Sequence record: OR062525
From: Escherichia phage vB_EcoM_10C2_SA_NWU
DNA length: 64,000 nt
Strand: one strand, 5' to 3'
How positions within the stretch are numbered: position 1 is the stretch's first letter; each line of letters begins with the position of its first letter. The notes below the pieces were generated by a model that was not told the origin of the DNA, searched no databases, and saw only the letters and a program-made list of their open reading frames with translations. Both the position numbers and the translations under genes were made by a program. This document shows positions 17,660 through 27,111 of this stretch, one piece after another.

Positions 17660-18709
17660 ATGAATTTAACACCTCGCAGCACCATGGTACACGGCATGAA
17701 AGAAAAACAGAACGGCTTCGAACCGATGAGTAATAAAATGTTTGGTATGCCTGGTGGTATTATGGAAACATACAGCTACCCAACGCCAGTTGTTGACCAC
17801 GTGCTTTATATTGACGATCTTGATGATTTGCAGGATCATATGTCCCGTTTACAAACAATTCGTATGGCACAGCCGGAAGAAAGTATCCGTGTAATTGTTA
17901 ACAGCCCTGGTGGTTGCGTCCACATTGCTATGGCGTATTTGCAGGCATTCCGCGAGTCTCAGGCAAGCGTTGTTGTACACGCTGAAGGGATGTGCTGCTC
18001 AGCAGGAACAATCTTATGGCTGGGTTGCAAAGAACGAACTGTGGCTCCGGACACAGAGTTTATGTTCCACTACTATCAAGGTGGCACCTATGGCAACGGT
18101 GTGAACATGAATACTCAGGTCAACTACTGGAAGAAACGTTTTGAACGCCTGATCGAAAAATACTACGGTGGGGTTCTGACAGAAGATGAGATCGCATCCA
18201 TCACGGCTGGTGGAGAAGTGTGGTTGGATGGAGAAGAGCTGGCAGCTCGAACTGGTGCTATCATTCTGGACGATGAAAACATTCAGCGCATTCAGAATGG
18301 GCAGAAACCGAAAAAGCTTTTGGCAAAAAGTGATGAAGAAGGTGTGCTAGGCGAAGCAGGCCTGCCAGAGATTCACCAATGCACATCTCTGGACGAGCTG
18401 GTTCACGCTGTTGAGTCTGCAAAAGCAAATGGTATGAAAGGTGATGTTCACACTGTGTTCCTGAATCTGCAGATGGAGAGTGGTGAGACCGTTAAGATTG
18501 CACTGGGTGAGATTACCTCGGAAGATCTGCAGCGATTCTCTGTGGTAGAGCTTCAGGACATTTTGTCCCAATTGAAAACCACCCTGAACGGAGGTGAAGA
18601 AGTTCAGGTTAAAGATAAGACCCGCAAGCGTCTGGTGGACAATATTATTAAAACAGCAAAAGAGCTCAATGAAAAAATCCTGGGCGCAGGAATTGTCGAA
18701 GAAGCTTAA
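17660..18709 (+). CDS. ClpP-like serine protease (S14 family) with C-terminal extension
   Basis: VNSPGGCVHIAMA, catalytic Ser context GMCCSAGT, His context MFHYYQGG; about 150 aa extra C-terminal. Confidence 0.6.
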   Translation: MNLTPRSTMVHGMKEKQNGFEPMSNKMFGMPGGIMETYSYPTPVVDHVLYIDDLDDLQDHMSRLQTIRMAQPEESIRVIVNSPGGCVHIAMAYLQAFRESQASVVVHAEGMCCSAGTILWLGCKERTVAPDTEFMFHYYQGGTYGNGVNMNTQVNYWKKRFERLIEKYYGGVLTEDEIASITAGGEVWLDGEELAARTGAIILDDENIQRIQNGQKPKKLLAKSDEEGVLGEAGLPEIHQCTSLDELVHAVESAKANGMKGDVHTVFLNLQMESGETVKIALGEITSEDLQRFSVVELQDILSQLKTTLNGGEEVQVKDKTRKRLVDNIIKTAKELNEKILGAGIVEEA

Positions 18710-18721
18710 ACATTAATCTTA

Positions 18722-18745
18722 AAGCCCTCTTCGGAGGGCTTTTAT
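18722..18745 (+). terminator. rho-independent terminator
   Basis: AAGCCCTC-TTCG-GAGGGCTT hairpin followed by TTTAT. Confidence 0.55.
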
Positions 18746-18760
18746 GATCTGGAGATTTGC

Positions 18761-19294
18761 ATGACTTGTGCTAGAAAACCTGACGAACAACGTAACGCCT
18801 ATGATGAATATGTGACACCAGAGTGGTGTGCAGAAGGGTTGTATGACCTCATTCCGTTCCCAGAAGATTGGACCTATTTGGAGCCTTGCAGGAATAGCGC
18901 CTCAGGTGTGTTCTACTCCCGTATGCCGTTAGGATCTGCATGGGGAGAAATCCAAGAAGGTGTTGACTATCTGAATACAGAATACAACCATGTTGACTGT
19001 ATTATCACCAACCCGCCGTACAGCCTGGCTCGTGAGTTTGTGGACAAGGCGTTGAAAGATGCCGACGTAGTTATTATGCTTTTGCGTCTTAATTTTCTGG
19101 AAAGCAAGGCCAGATTTGAATGGTGGCTTGATAATGCCCCTACCACTGTGATCACAATATCTAAGCGTCCATCATTCCAATCGAATGGCAGAACTGACGG
19201 GCAAGCATATGCATATTTTGTGTGGGACAAGAAGAACCGTTTAGACCTACCGCCATTTATGTGGTTGGCACCTCCGGAGGCAGACTTGAAATGA
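18761..19294 (+). CDS. DNA N6-adenine methyltransferase-like (small)
   Basis: IITNPPYSLA (NPPY motif IV); only 177 aa. Confidence 0.5.
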   Translation: MTCARKPDEQRNAYDEYVTPEWCAEGLYDLIPFPEDWTYLEPCRNSASGVFYSRMPLGSAWGEIQEGVDYLNTEYNHVDCIITNPPYSLAREFVDKALKDADVVIMLLRLNFLESKARFEWWLDNAPTTVITISKRPSFQSNGRTDGQAYAYFVWDKKNRLDLPPFMWLAPPEADLK

Positions 19295-19575
19295 AAATGA
19301 GTGCTAAGGACAAGTTGCACCAGTTAGCGCTAAAACGTCCTGTAACTCTCCCTGACGAGCTTAACTCCATTTATGATGCGATTGTAGGGGAGATACAAAA
19401 TAAGGCGTTAGCAGGCTTTCTGGGATGCGGATTTTCGATAAATCTTCCATCACACCTCTCAGACTACTTCCCACACATCGTTGGGGATTTGAGGGCAGGA
19501 GGTCTGCAGGTGGATGTTGTTGGCATCTCCCCGGAGAAAAATAACACAGTTGCCTACTTGACAGTGACCTGGTAG
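19291..19575 (+). CDS. hypothetical protein
   Basis: ATGA overlap with upstream stop. Confidence 0.4.
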   Translation: MKMSAKDKLHQLALKRPVTLPDELNSIYDAIVGEIQNKALAGFLGCGFSINLPSHLSDYFPHIVGDLRAGGLQVDVVGISPEKNNTVAYLTVTW

Positions 19576-19610
19576 TAGTGTATTTTGTTTTCAACAAGAG
19601 GGGGTTATCT

Positions 19611-19850
19611 ATGTATAAGTCATTTTCAATTTACTCAAGACAGGCAAAACACTACACAGAGATTCTGATCACTCAGAAAAAATCTGTGGAAGGTGAGTGG
19701 GAATATCATCATAAAATGTTGCGTCCAGACTGGGTTTTTGATAGGCTTATTGCTATGATCCCTCTTGGAGAAGTATACCCTCTGACAGGTCATAGGGATG
19801 CTTGGGATTTAATTGATTACATAGATTCATTTAAGGAGCCCAGTGTATGA
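19611..19850 (+). CDS. hypothetical protein
   Basis: internal ATG with GAGGGG RBS. Confidence 0.35.
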   Translation: MYKSFSIYSRQAKHYTEILITQKKSVEGEWEYHHKMLRPDWVFDRLIAMIPLGEVYPLTGHRDAWDLIDYIDSFKEPSV

Positions 19851-20245
19851 AGATTGAGATCACTAAAGAAGGTAAGAAAGTGTCTGGAGACTATGCAACA
19901 GTAATTCGAGATGTAATGTTTGAAGCCACCAAGTTCGGCACATCTAAAGTTGGTCAAACTGTTAGTGTGCAAGGCAATATCGCCACAGGGGAGAAGATAA
20001 TCATTGTAATCAAAGGGCAGGATCCTGTGGAAGGAACAGTGGGCCGAGGAGGCTACCTGTGTATTTCTGAAGAACCGCGCATGCTGGTTGCTGATAACCC
20101 CACAGGTAAAAAGCGGGTATGTAACACGGACGAGGTGATGATTATCTATCCAGTCAACCCAGATGATCCGGCAACATGGATTGTGGGAAATGAAATCTTC
20201 TCTTTAGAAGAGTTATCCTTCCCAGCTCCGCGCTCTGTTCAGTAA
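19847..20245 (+). CDS. hypothetical protein (MKIEIT N-terminus)
   Basis: ATGA-coupled ORF. Confidence 0.4.
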   Translation: MKIEITKEGKKVSGDYATVIRDVMFEATKFGTSKVGQTVSVQGNIATGEKIIIVIKGQDPVEGTVGRGGYLCISEEPRMLVADNPTGKKRVCNTDEVMIIYPVNPDDPATWIVGNEIFSLEELSFPAPRSVQ

Positions 20246-20284
20246 TAATTTATCTTACCAGGGACGGTAGAAGTAGGAGGTAGC

Positions 20285-20518
20285 ATGAAAGTTAAATTTC
20301 TTACAGATTTAGGATACCCTTCCTTGGTTGACTGTGTTGGTAAAATTGTGGAAGCAAAACAGCTATCTGCAAACGATAATGTTGTCATGGTTAAGGGAAA
20401 AGATTTATTAGCTGCAGGTGCAGAGTCTGGCAGGATCTCTTCTGACTATACGTATTACCTGTCTTTAAGTAATCTACCAGAACGAGGCGGCAAAGGCCTT
20501 GAAGTTGTGGAGGAGTGA
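20285..20518 (+). CDS. small acidic protein, MKVK-x-L / DLLAAGA paralog family
   Basis: MKVKFL..VGKIVEA..VKGKDLLAAGA...LEVVEE; GGAGG RBS. Confidence 0.5.
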   Translation: MKVKFLTDLGYPSLVDCVGKIVEAKQLSANDNVVMVKGKDLLAAGAESGRISSDYTYYLSLSNLPERGGKGLEVVEE

Positions 20519-21048
20519 CAAGTATGCTTCTGATTAACTGGGAAGACCTCTATGGGGACAAAGACCCTGTTGCGTTTGTTGATCGTAGATGGAGGTACAC
20601 TGAAGAACAACTGGCTGCAAAAAATTTAACTGCAAAACGCAGAAAGATCATCCAGTGCAAATACAAATACGCACAGTTTGCTGCAAAAGTGTCTCCACAA
20701 ATCGAGAGCTTTGTGCTTAAATTGTATGACGAGTACCTCAAATTCAAATTGGATTTTGTACAGGTATACCGTGCACAGGTACGCCCAGATACCAGCATTT
20801 GTAGATGGAAGGTTGTTTGTGACGGTAAAGATTTGCCACTCAGTTTGACAATTGAGCAGCGCTGGGGGTATCATGAGTGCGGTCTGTATGAGACTTGGGA
20901 TGTCATTGTAGATCCTGCTAAGTACCTGAACACAGAGGAGCTGGAATATATCAATAAGGTTATCCTAGATATGTTTTTCAGCTACACCTGTGAAAACTCT
21001 AAGAAAGAACGGGATAATTTTCTTGACACCATCAGTAACCATCTGTAG
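20515..21048 (+). CDS. hypothetical protein
   Basis: co-directional ORF; start GTG 20515 or ATG 20524. Confidence 0.4.
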   Translation: MTSMLLINWEDLYGDKDPVAFVDRRWRYTEEQLAAKNLTAKRRKIIQCKYKYAQFAAKVSPQIESFVLKLYDEYLKFKLDFVQVYRAQVRPDTSICRWKVVCDGKDLPLSLTIEQRWGYHECGLYETWDVIVDPAKYLNTEELEYINKVILDMFFSYTCENSKKERDNFLDTISNHL

Positions 21049-21078
21049 TATACAATTTAACCTACAAAGGGAGGGCTA

Positions 21079-21315
21079 ATGAGTATAAATGTTGTGCTAA
21101 TAGGTTACCTGGTAATAGCCGTTATAACAGCGGTATTCTTGACAGGTGTATGCATCGTGTCTAGACGAAGGGTGAAGTTTGATGATTTTATCACCATCAT
21201 CACTGCTGCACCTTTTTGGCCTATTGTTATCTTCATCGTAATAATGTGCCTAGTTGATTACTACAAGAATATCCGTAAGGAGAAAAAGGAGAGTAGGGAT
21301 GGAGACCGCACCTAA
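21079..21315 (+). CDS. small membrane protein
   Basis: two hydrophobic segments; GGGAGGG RBS. Confidence 0.4.
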   Translation: MSINVVLIGYLVIAVITAVFLTGVCIVSRRRVKFDDFITIITAAPFWPIVIFIVIMCLVDYYKNIRKEKKESRDGDRT

Positions 21316-21534
21316 AACTGTTTATACTGTTCTTAAAGAGATTGCGTTCTACGCAGATCTTAGCCAGGCACCTTTATGGGAAAAGAGCATGTATTTAAAA
21401 TGGTGCGTTAATTTAGGGAGACCTTCCAGTGTTTCAAGCTATGTTTATTGAGATGCTATCTGGGGTATTGTTACTGGTAGCCATCTTAGGTGGTGCAGTT
21501 CTGATGTATAACTATCTTGAAAAAGGAGACAGCA

Positions 21535-21720
21535 ATGGCAAAAAATAAATCTTTAGAGCAGGCTGAAAACCTTCTCCACGAGCTGGTAAAGGAGTGGAAA
21601 GTTGAATACTCGGATTTTAATGCACGAGAGGGTGAAGATTATTGGCCTACGGAGCGCTCAGAGGGCGAATGGTATCAAGATTTTATAGAGTGGTTATATC
21701 AGACGTGTGATGAGGGGTGA
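21535..21720 (+). CDS. hypothetical acidic protein
   Basis: AAGGAG RBS before ATG 21535. Confidence 0.35.
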   Translation: MAKNKSLEQAENLLHELVKEWKVEYSDFNAREGEDYWPTERSEGEWYQDFIEWLYQTCDEG

Positions 21721-22178
21721 CGATGTTTGTTAAATATGTAAAAACGTGCCTCAACAGTCTTGGCAGAGAGCATTGGTACACCTTACTTGAAAAAGGAGAA
21801 ATTTTAACAAAATCTGGAAAGATAACTTTGATACCCTTGGACGATAAAGACCCGTCACTCCTTGTCATAGATGATTACGTTACAGGTGTGTCGTACGAGG
21901 TCTCTGTGGAGAGGTTAATACGCAGAGCTGGCGGCCCTTATGACCGAAGAGAGTATATTTTCGATTCTGTTACAGAGAAGGAAGATCCGTCTCTAATGTT
22001 CAGGATGGTAATCAGGGATATGAAATCATCTATAAATAGGATCGTAAAGGATATTAAGGAGCCTTTTAGGGTAAAAGTTAAGAAGTTTTTTGATTCTAAG
22101 ATTAACATACTTGCCGTTGTGCTAGGCGTAATTCAACTTCTGTTAATTTTGCACTATCTTGAACTGTTATTTAAGTAG
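21717..22178 (+). CDS. hypothetical protein with C-terminal hydrophobic helix
   Basis: ATGA-coupled ORF. Confidence 0.4.
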   Translation: MTMFVKYVKTCLNSLGREHWYTLLEKGEILTKSGKITLIPLDDKDPSLLVIDDYVTGVSYEVSVERLIRRAGGPYDRREYIFDSVTEKEDPSLMFRMVIRDMKSSINRIVKDIKEPFRVKVKKFFDSKINILAVVLGVIQLLLILHYLELLFK

Positions 22179-22238
22179 TGTGCAATAAGGCACAAAGGAT
22201 GTGCCATAACTAAATAAACTAAGAAAGAGGTAGAGAGA

Positions 22239-22586
22239 ATGCCAAAGATTAAATCGATATTAATGTGGGTAGCTGTTGTAGCTTTTGTAGGATACTGGAC
22301 TTGGGAAACTGAATTAAAAGATATCGGATATACCAGTCTTGAGAACAAGGCGTGCATTGGCATAACCGATGCATTCAGGCAAAATGCTATGGATCACGAA
22401 TGTGTTGATGCAGATATAGATGAGAAACTGTCTAAGGACAAAGACTTCTACCACGGGTATGCTTTGCTTGATAGTGGTGACACTGTAGAGTTCTGGTCGT
22501 GGTTCCGTAAAGATGGAACAATAAAAACAGCAGTAAAGATCTCTAACAAAGAGTTAATGCTGTTGCAGCAGAAGGAGGCTCAATGA
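22239..22586 (+). CDS. membrane-anchored hypothetical protein
   Basis: N-terminal hydrophobic segment ILMWVAVVAFVGYW; GAAAGAGG RBS. Confidence 0.4.
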   Translation: MPKIKSILMWVAVVAFVGYWTWETELKDIGYTSLENKACIGITDAFRQNAMDHECVDADIDEKLSKDKDFYHGYALLDSGDTVEFWSWFRKDGTIKTAVKISNKELMLLQQKEAQ

Positions 22587-22870
22587 TCTGGATATCCTAT
22601 GCTGATGGCACCATGCTGTATACTGCAGGTACCAGGTATGAGGTTCAGGAGGACGATAAAAAATTTATCGTAAAAACATTTGACAAGGACGACAACCTTT
22701 TGCTAGAATTGACTTACAAAGTGGGAGAGGTATCCAATATCCAATTGGATTGTGGTCATAAAGATAATCCACTCAAAAAACCTGGAATAGGCAAGGCTTC
22801 AGAAGAACGTTTGTCTCGTATTGCAGAAAGCGTTTCTCCCCAAAAATCTAAGAAGAGGATTAGAAAATGA
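22583..22870 (+). CDS. hypothetical protein
   Basis: ATGA-coupled ORF. Confidence 0.4.
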   Translation: MIWISYADGTMLYTAGTRYEVQEDDKKFIVKTFDKDDNLLLELTYKVGEVSNIQLDCGHKDNPLKKPGIGKASEERLSRIAESVSPQKSKKRIRK

Positions 22871-23067
22871 GTGACAAAATTCTTAAATTTAATACCTACT
22901 ATGAGAATGATTTGAACGATCTGTATTATATAGTGCGTAGCGAAAACCCAAATGTAGTACTGTTTTGCCGAGAACCTTTCAAAAAAGAGGAGATTGAATC
23001 TACCATGGATGTGGATCAGATTTCACACCTACTGCTCCTTGGATCATTAAAAGAGGCGGTATTCTAA
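22867..23067 (+). CDS. hypothetical protein
   Basis: ATGA-coupled ORF. Confidence 0.35.
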   Translation: MSDKILKFNTYYENDLNDLYYIVRSENPNVVLFCREPFKKEEIESTMDVDQISHLLLLGSLKEAVF

Positions 23068-23086
23068 ACCAAGGTAGAGGGTTTTT

Positions 23087-23272
23087 ATGAAGCACTATTG
23101 TCTGTCTGGTAGAATGGGTGCAGATTGTGATTGGGTTTTCTTAAAACTTGTCAGCATTCGAGAGTTCATCCCAGAGGAAGAGCAAGAAAGTGAGCTGATG
23201 TCATGGATCAACCATTACGGTAACACTTTTCGGCATGTTAAGGTGGAAGAGTTGCCAAGCGAGGCTGATTGA
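23087..23272 (+). CDS. hypothetical protein
   Basis: ORF with GAGGG RBS. Confidence 0.35.
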   Translation: MKHYCLSGRMGADCDWVFLKLVSIREFIPEEEQESELMSWINHYGNTFRHVKVEELPSEAD

Positions 23273-23367
23273 CTATGATTGCATCAATATTAACGTTTAT
23301 GGGCGGCGTGGCATTCGGATTCATTGTTTGCCTGTTTATAGTGATTATGTCTATGCGAGGCTGAATT

Positions 23368-23664
23368 ATGAAACTTTTTGAGTGGTTTAAAAAGTTTAAA
23401 TATAAAGCTGTAGCTATCGTGCCATGGTCCATTCAATGGGTGGACGATGAGGGATTACCAATTCCGGGTGATAAAGACACGGGATACTGGATCATGCTTG
23501 AAAACGGGTTTGGAAAGCGAAAATATACGTGCACAAACTCTACTCGATCTGCACTTAATAGAGTGCCTGGTTACAAACTTATGGTTGTGTGGAAAATGTC
23601 AGGCGTGCCTCCGGCTAATGCTCAATTTCTTACTGACAATCCAACCACGGTGGAGGGAGATTGA
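23368..23664 (+). CDS. hypothetical protein
   Basis: co-directional ORF. Confidence 0.4.
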   Translation: MKLFEWFKKFKYKAVAIVPWSIQWVDDEGLPIPGDKDTGYWIMLENGFGKRKYTCTNSTRSALNRVPGYKLMVVWKMSGVPPANAQFLTDNPTTVEGD

Positions 23665-23666
23665 TA

Positions 23667-23948
23667 ATGAAAAAGATTAACAGTGGTGAAGTTGAGTTTA
23701 AACTTGTCGGGAAAGGCACTTACTGGGAAGTTCGTCAAAAGGTATATTTGTTCGGTCTTATTCCCTATTGGTCTAAATTCTACTGGGGAGCTAACGAGTT
23801 GGGAAGATACGCCACCAAATCAATGGCACTTATTGGTATAGCAGAGTACATTGCAGCCAGAGATAGGGTTGGAGACACTTATTACTATACTGCGGACGAT
23901 ATTCGTAACAGTGTTTACGTCCCACAACCACCTGATGGAGACCGTTGA
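23667..23948 (+). CDS. hypothetical protein
   Basis: ATG with GGAGGGAG RBS. Confidence 0.4.
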   Translation: MKKINSGEVEFKLVGKGTYWEVRQKVYLFGLIPYWSKFYWGANELGRYATKSMALIGIAEYIAARDRVGDTYYYTADDIRNSVYVPQPPDGDR

Positions 23949-24172
23949 TGAAAGTTAAAGTTTTAGATTCAAGCTTCTATATTGGTCAGGAGCCTTTAGT
24001 AGGGAAAGTGTTTACTGCTGTCCCTAACGAAGATTATCCTGACCTTTTAAAAATAAAAGGTGCAGATCTTATTGCCGCTGGTGCATCTCAGGACTGCTTT
24101 GACAGTCAGTGGACCTACAACTTTGCCCTAGGTGAGGATGTAGAGATAGTGGAGGACGATCATGAAGGTTAA
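23948..24172 (+). CDS. small acidic protein, MKVK-x-L / DLIAAGA paralog family
   Basis: MKVKVLDSSFYIGQ..GKV..AV..GADLIAAGA..VEIVEDD; closest paralog of next gene. Confidence 0.5.
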   Translation: MKVKVLDSSFYIGQEPLVGKVFTAVPNEDYPDLLKIKGADLIAAGASQDCFDSQWTYNFALGEDVEIVEDDHEG

Positions 24173-24416
24173 AATTCTTGATTCTAACGTCTACTTGGGA
24201 CAATCCTTCCTGAAGGGAAAGGTCGTTCCTGCGGTATACTTTGAAGGGTTGCCGTGGGATGATCCTGTGCGGCAACATCACAGCTATGTAGGCCACAACG
24301 TGGTGTTTATTTTGGGATCAGACCTGATCGCTGCTGGTGCACCGGAATATTATTTCGGGGAAGAGTCATATTATGCCTTTGGGGCAGGGTCAGATGCAGA
24401 TATTGTAGAGCTGTGA
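24162..24416 (+). CDS. small acidic protein, MKVK-x-L / DLIAAGA paralog family
   Basis: MKVKILDSNVYLGQ..GKV..AV..GSDLIAAGA..ADIVEL. Confidence 0.5.
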   Translation: MKVKILDSNVYLGQSFLKGKVVPAVYFEGLPWDDPVRQHHSYVGHNVVFILGSDLIAAGAPEYYFGEESYYAFGAGSDADIVEL

Positions 24417-24428
24417 TAGGTAACCGTT

Positions 24429-24827
24429 GTGAAAAATAAACTATTCAAAGTTACAATGAAAATTCGCGGAGCTTGGAGCGTAAAGCAAGGGCGTATCCCA
24501 GAATTTGAGAAAGACTTCTACGTAGTCTCCACCTCGGAGGAGGCTGCATGCTGGCAGGCTGGCTATGCCTATGCAAGAACCTGGTACGAAGGATACCAGA
24601 CCGGGGGATATGACGGAGAAATTATCAGCAGAGGTGTGGAAGAAATTAATGTGTTGACAAGTGAAAAAGTTTTTGTTATAGTGCATCCAGATTCCAGAGT
24701 GAAGCATTACTGGAACGCCAGAACAAAAACTTGGACACCGTTTGCAGATTCTGCTACGCCACTTTTAAACCAGAAAGCTCTTGACTCTGCCCCAAGTTAT
24801 GGGATTGTTGAAGAAAAGCTAAACTGA
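24429..24827 (+). CDS. hypothetical protein, paralog of 26637..27032
   Basis: shared HPDSRVKHYWNARTKTWTP vs HPHSNIAYYWDVLNNEWTP. Confidence 0.45.
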   Translation: MKNKLFKVTMKIRGAWSVKQGRIPEFEKDFYVVSTSEEAACWQAGYAYARTWYEGYQTGGYDGEIISRGVEEINVLTSEKVFVIVHPDSRVKHYWNARTKTWTPFADSATPLLNQKALDSAPSYGIVEEKLN

Positions 24828-24844
24828 AACAGTGAGGTACTAAC

Positions 24845-25135
24845 ATGATGGATTTAGTTCTGGACACGGATAACACCGGAGAGTTTAAAAAGGATGGTGT
24901 AACAAGCGTTGACCAATCCTTCCCTGCCAAGATTGACTCAAAATGGACCTACAAGTTCGATGGAGAGATCTTCGCAAATGATGAGAAGGTTGTAGATGCT
25001 GCAGCCATTTTGAACGCTCTAGGGTACGACCCTGTGAATTCTTTGATCAAGGATCCTGTTGAGTTTGCAGAGTATGTTCGAAAAATGGCAGATCTTGCTG
25101 TGGATATTTTAAAAACTATCGACGACAAGCTGTAA
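24845..25135 (+). CDS. hypothetical acidic protein
   Basis: GAGG RBS. Confidence 0.4.
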   Translation: MMDLVLDTDNTGEFKKDGVTSVDQSFPAKIDSKWTYKFDGEIFANDEKVVDAAAILNALGYDPVNSLIKDPVEFAEYVRKMADLAVDILKTIDDKL

Positions 25136-25141
25136 AAACTG

Positions 25142-25170
25142 TTGACACAACGCTTCAGATTTAGTATCAT
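25142..25170 (+). promoter_or_regulatory. sigma70-like promoter upstream of hpf homolog
   Basis: TTGACA-N17-TATCAT, then leader hairpin AGAGGG-TTTGGTT-CCCTCT. Confidence 0.45.
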
Positions 25171-25217
25171 TGTTTTCAAAGAGGGTTTGGTTCCCTCTTC
25201 TTTAAAAGGAACACGTT

Positions 25218-25535
25218 ATGCAAATTGAAATCACTGGCAACGTAGAAATCACTGAAGGTATGGTGTCTTTCATTTCCCACAAAATGTCTAAGCTGGAGCG
25301 TTTGCACCCATCTGCCAACTATGCACGTGTGAGTGTAAAAGTTGAAAATGATCACCAGGAAGTTATGGCGTTCATTTTTGACAATTCTGGAAAAGAAGTT
25401 ATTGCCAAGGCTAAAGGCAGTGATGCTTACGAGGCAACTGACCGTATGGTAGATGTTGCAGCACGTCAGCTGGCTAAATGCGGTGGAAAGAAAGGTAAGG
25501 GGAAAGGCAAAGTAAAGATTGACTTTGGAGAATGA
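25218..25535 (+). CDS. hpf: ribosome hibernation promoting factor / RaiA-like protein
   Basis: MQIEITGNVEITEGMVSFISHKMSKLERL...VSVKVEN...DAYEATDRMVDVAARQLAK aligns by eye with my recollection of E. coli Hpf (MQLNITGNNVEITEALREFV...YAAIDGLIDKLARQL); Lys/Gly-rich tail. Confidence 0.65.
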   Translation: MQIEITGNVEITEGMVSFISHKMSKLERLHPSANYARVSVKVENDHQEVMAFIFDNSGKEVIAKAKGSDAYEATDRMVDVAARQLAKCGGKKGKGKGKVKIDFGE

Positions 25536-25672
25536 GGTGCTACAATGGGTGTGATTAAGAAATTAGTCCCAAATGTAGAGATTGCATGCTTTGAAATTAT
25601 GTTTGCAATCGCAGTTGTAGTTAATGTGTTAGGTTACGGCTATTAATATCAAATAATTGAGGAGACCTCTAA

Positions 25673-25942
25673 ATGAAAATTAAATTATTCAAAACCGAGC
25701 TGGCAGACAAAAACTGTGGACTGGTTGAAGGCATGATCGTTGAAGCACAACCAGTAGACTACATGAAGGTAGTTCGTGATGCCTTGGGTGAAGGTTTTGA
25801 TCTGATGGAACCAGCTCTGCGAGAAGATGTTATCGAGATGGCTAAAAAGCACACACCTGAAGGCATGGTGGTGTTTGTTGCACCGGGTAACGGAGAAGAG
25901 TTGATTGTAACCCCTGATGTGTATGAGATTGTAGAAGAGTAA
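25673..25942 (+). CDS. small acidic protein, probable member of MKVK paralog family
   Basis: MKIKLF...LVEGMIVEA...YEIVEE. Confidence 0.4.
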   Translation: MKIKLFKTELADKNCGLVEGMIVEAQPVDYMKVVRDALGEGFDLMEPALREDVIEMAKKHTPEGMVVFVAPGNGEELIVTPDVYEIVEE

Positions 25943-26036
25943 TCCTGCTTGGATTAGCATACTTCCTCAATAAAAAGAAAAGTTTGTAATTATTTGTGGG
26001 AAAGGAATCCCAATCTCTTACCAGAGGTGATACTAT

Positions 26037-26300
26037 ATGATTGTTTATTTTAAAACTTCAGGTGGATACCCTGATTCTCAAAGCTTGATCGGAAAAACGT
26101 GCACAGCATACTCACCTCTTGATGAAGAGGTAGGTGATATTCTACGAAATATGTATCGGATTGACCCCCAAGAAGCTTTTGATCAAAACCTTGTATTTGT
26201 CAAAGGCTCAGACATGAAGTCTTTGGGAGCATTCCCTGAAGCAGATGATGATGCCGTTTATTCGTTCATGACCCCTTTTGAAGCTATGGTTGTTGGGTGA
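26037..26300 (+). CDS. small acidic protein, MKVK paralog family (N-terminally divergent)
   Basis: GYPDSQSLIGK..VFVKGSDMKSLGA shared with 20285 paralog. Confidence 0.45.
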   Translation: MIVYFKTSGGYPDSQSLIGKTCTAYSPLDEEVGDILRNMYRIDPQEAFDQNLVFVKGSDMKSLGAFPEADDDAVYSFMTPFEAMVVG

Positions 26301-26304
26301 TAGT

Positions 26305-26637
26305 ATGAAAGTACGCTTTATTGGTGAAACAATTCCTGTGCATCTCCGGTCGCCTGAAGATTCTGCAGATCTTGCATCTCAGAAGGCGAGAGGTTATGAT
26401 AAGAAAGTAATCTCAACCGATGTAGAACTTGAGGCTACTAGTCTACCTGACCCTGCTGCATTCTTTAATCATTATGGATACTATTTCAGCAATCTGATGA
26501 ATATCGGTGAACTTGTGTTTATTAGTGGTGGAGAAATTGTTAGCAAGCTTGGCGGCGATCCGGATGTCTTTCATGAAACCTGTCCTTTTGCATTTGTGGT
26601 GGGTTCAGATGTGGAAGTTATTGAGGAGGTGCGGTAA
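26305..26637 (+). CDS. small acidic protein, probable member of MKVK paralog family
   Basis: MKVRFIG...FVVGSDVEVIEE. Confidence 0.4.
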   Translation: MKVRFIGETIPVHLRSPEDSADLASQKARGYDKKVISTDVELEATSLPDPAAFFNHYGYYFSNLMNIGELVFISGGEIVSKLGGDPDVFHETCPFAFVVGSDVEVIEEVR

Positions 26638-27032
26638 TGGTAAGCCTATACCGTGTTGAGTATAGCTCAGATACTGTGTACAACGTAAGAAGCAAAGATC
26701 GCAGCGACAGAGTGCAAGAAATGTATGTTCTTGCCGACAGTCCGTTATCTGCAGCGTTCAAGGCAGGGGCTCTTGCATCTCGTTGGAAATTTGAAGGCGG
26801 ATCTTTCTATGAAGAAACCCTTGAAGATTCTGTTGTTATTTCTTCTGTAGAGGTTTCAGATGACTACGAAGGGAAAAAGTTCGTAATGCGGCACCCACAC
26901 AGCAACATTGCGTACTACTGGGATGTTCTGAACAACGAGTGGACCCCAGATCTTCAGAAGGCTACTGTGCTAACACCGTTTTTGGCAGATAAGTTCCCAC
27001 CAGAAGGTAATTTATCCGCACTGTTTCAGTAA
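26637..27032 (+). CDS. hypothetical protein, paralog of 24429..24827
   Basis: shared motifs with 24429 ORF. Confidence 0.45.
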   Translation: MVSLYRVEYSSDTVYNVRSKDRSDRVQEMYVLADSPLSAAFKAGALASRWKFEGGSFYEETLEDSVVISSVEVSDDYEGKKFVMRHPHSNIAYYWDVLNNEWTPDLQKATVLTPFLADKFPPEGNLSALFQ

Positions 27033-27111
27033 TTTTCTTGCACACAGGTGTTGACAACGCCAACCCTGTGTGAAATAATACCTTCATCTTAACAAGACAG
27101 GAGACCGATTG

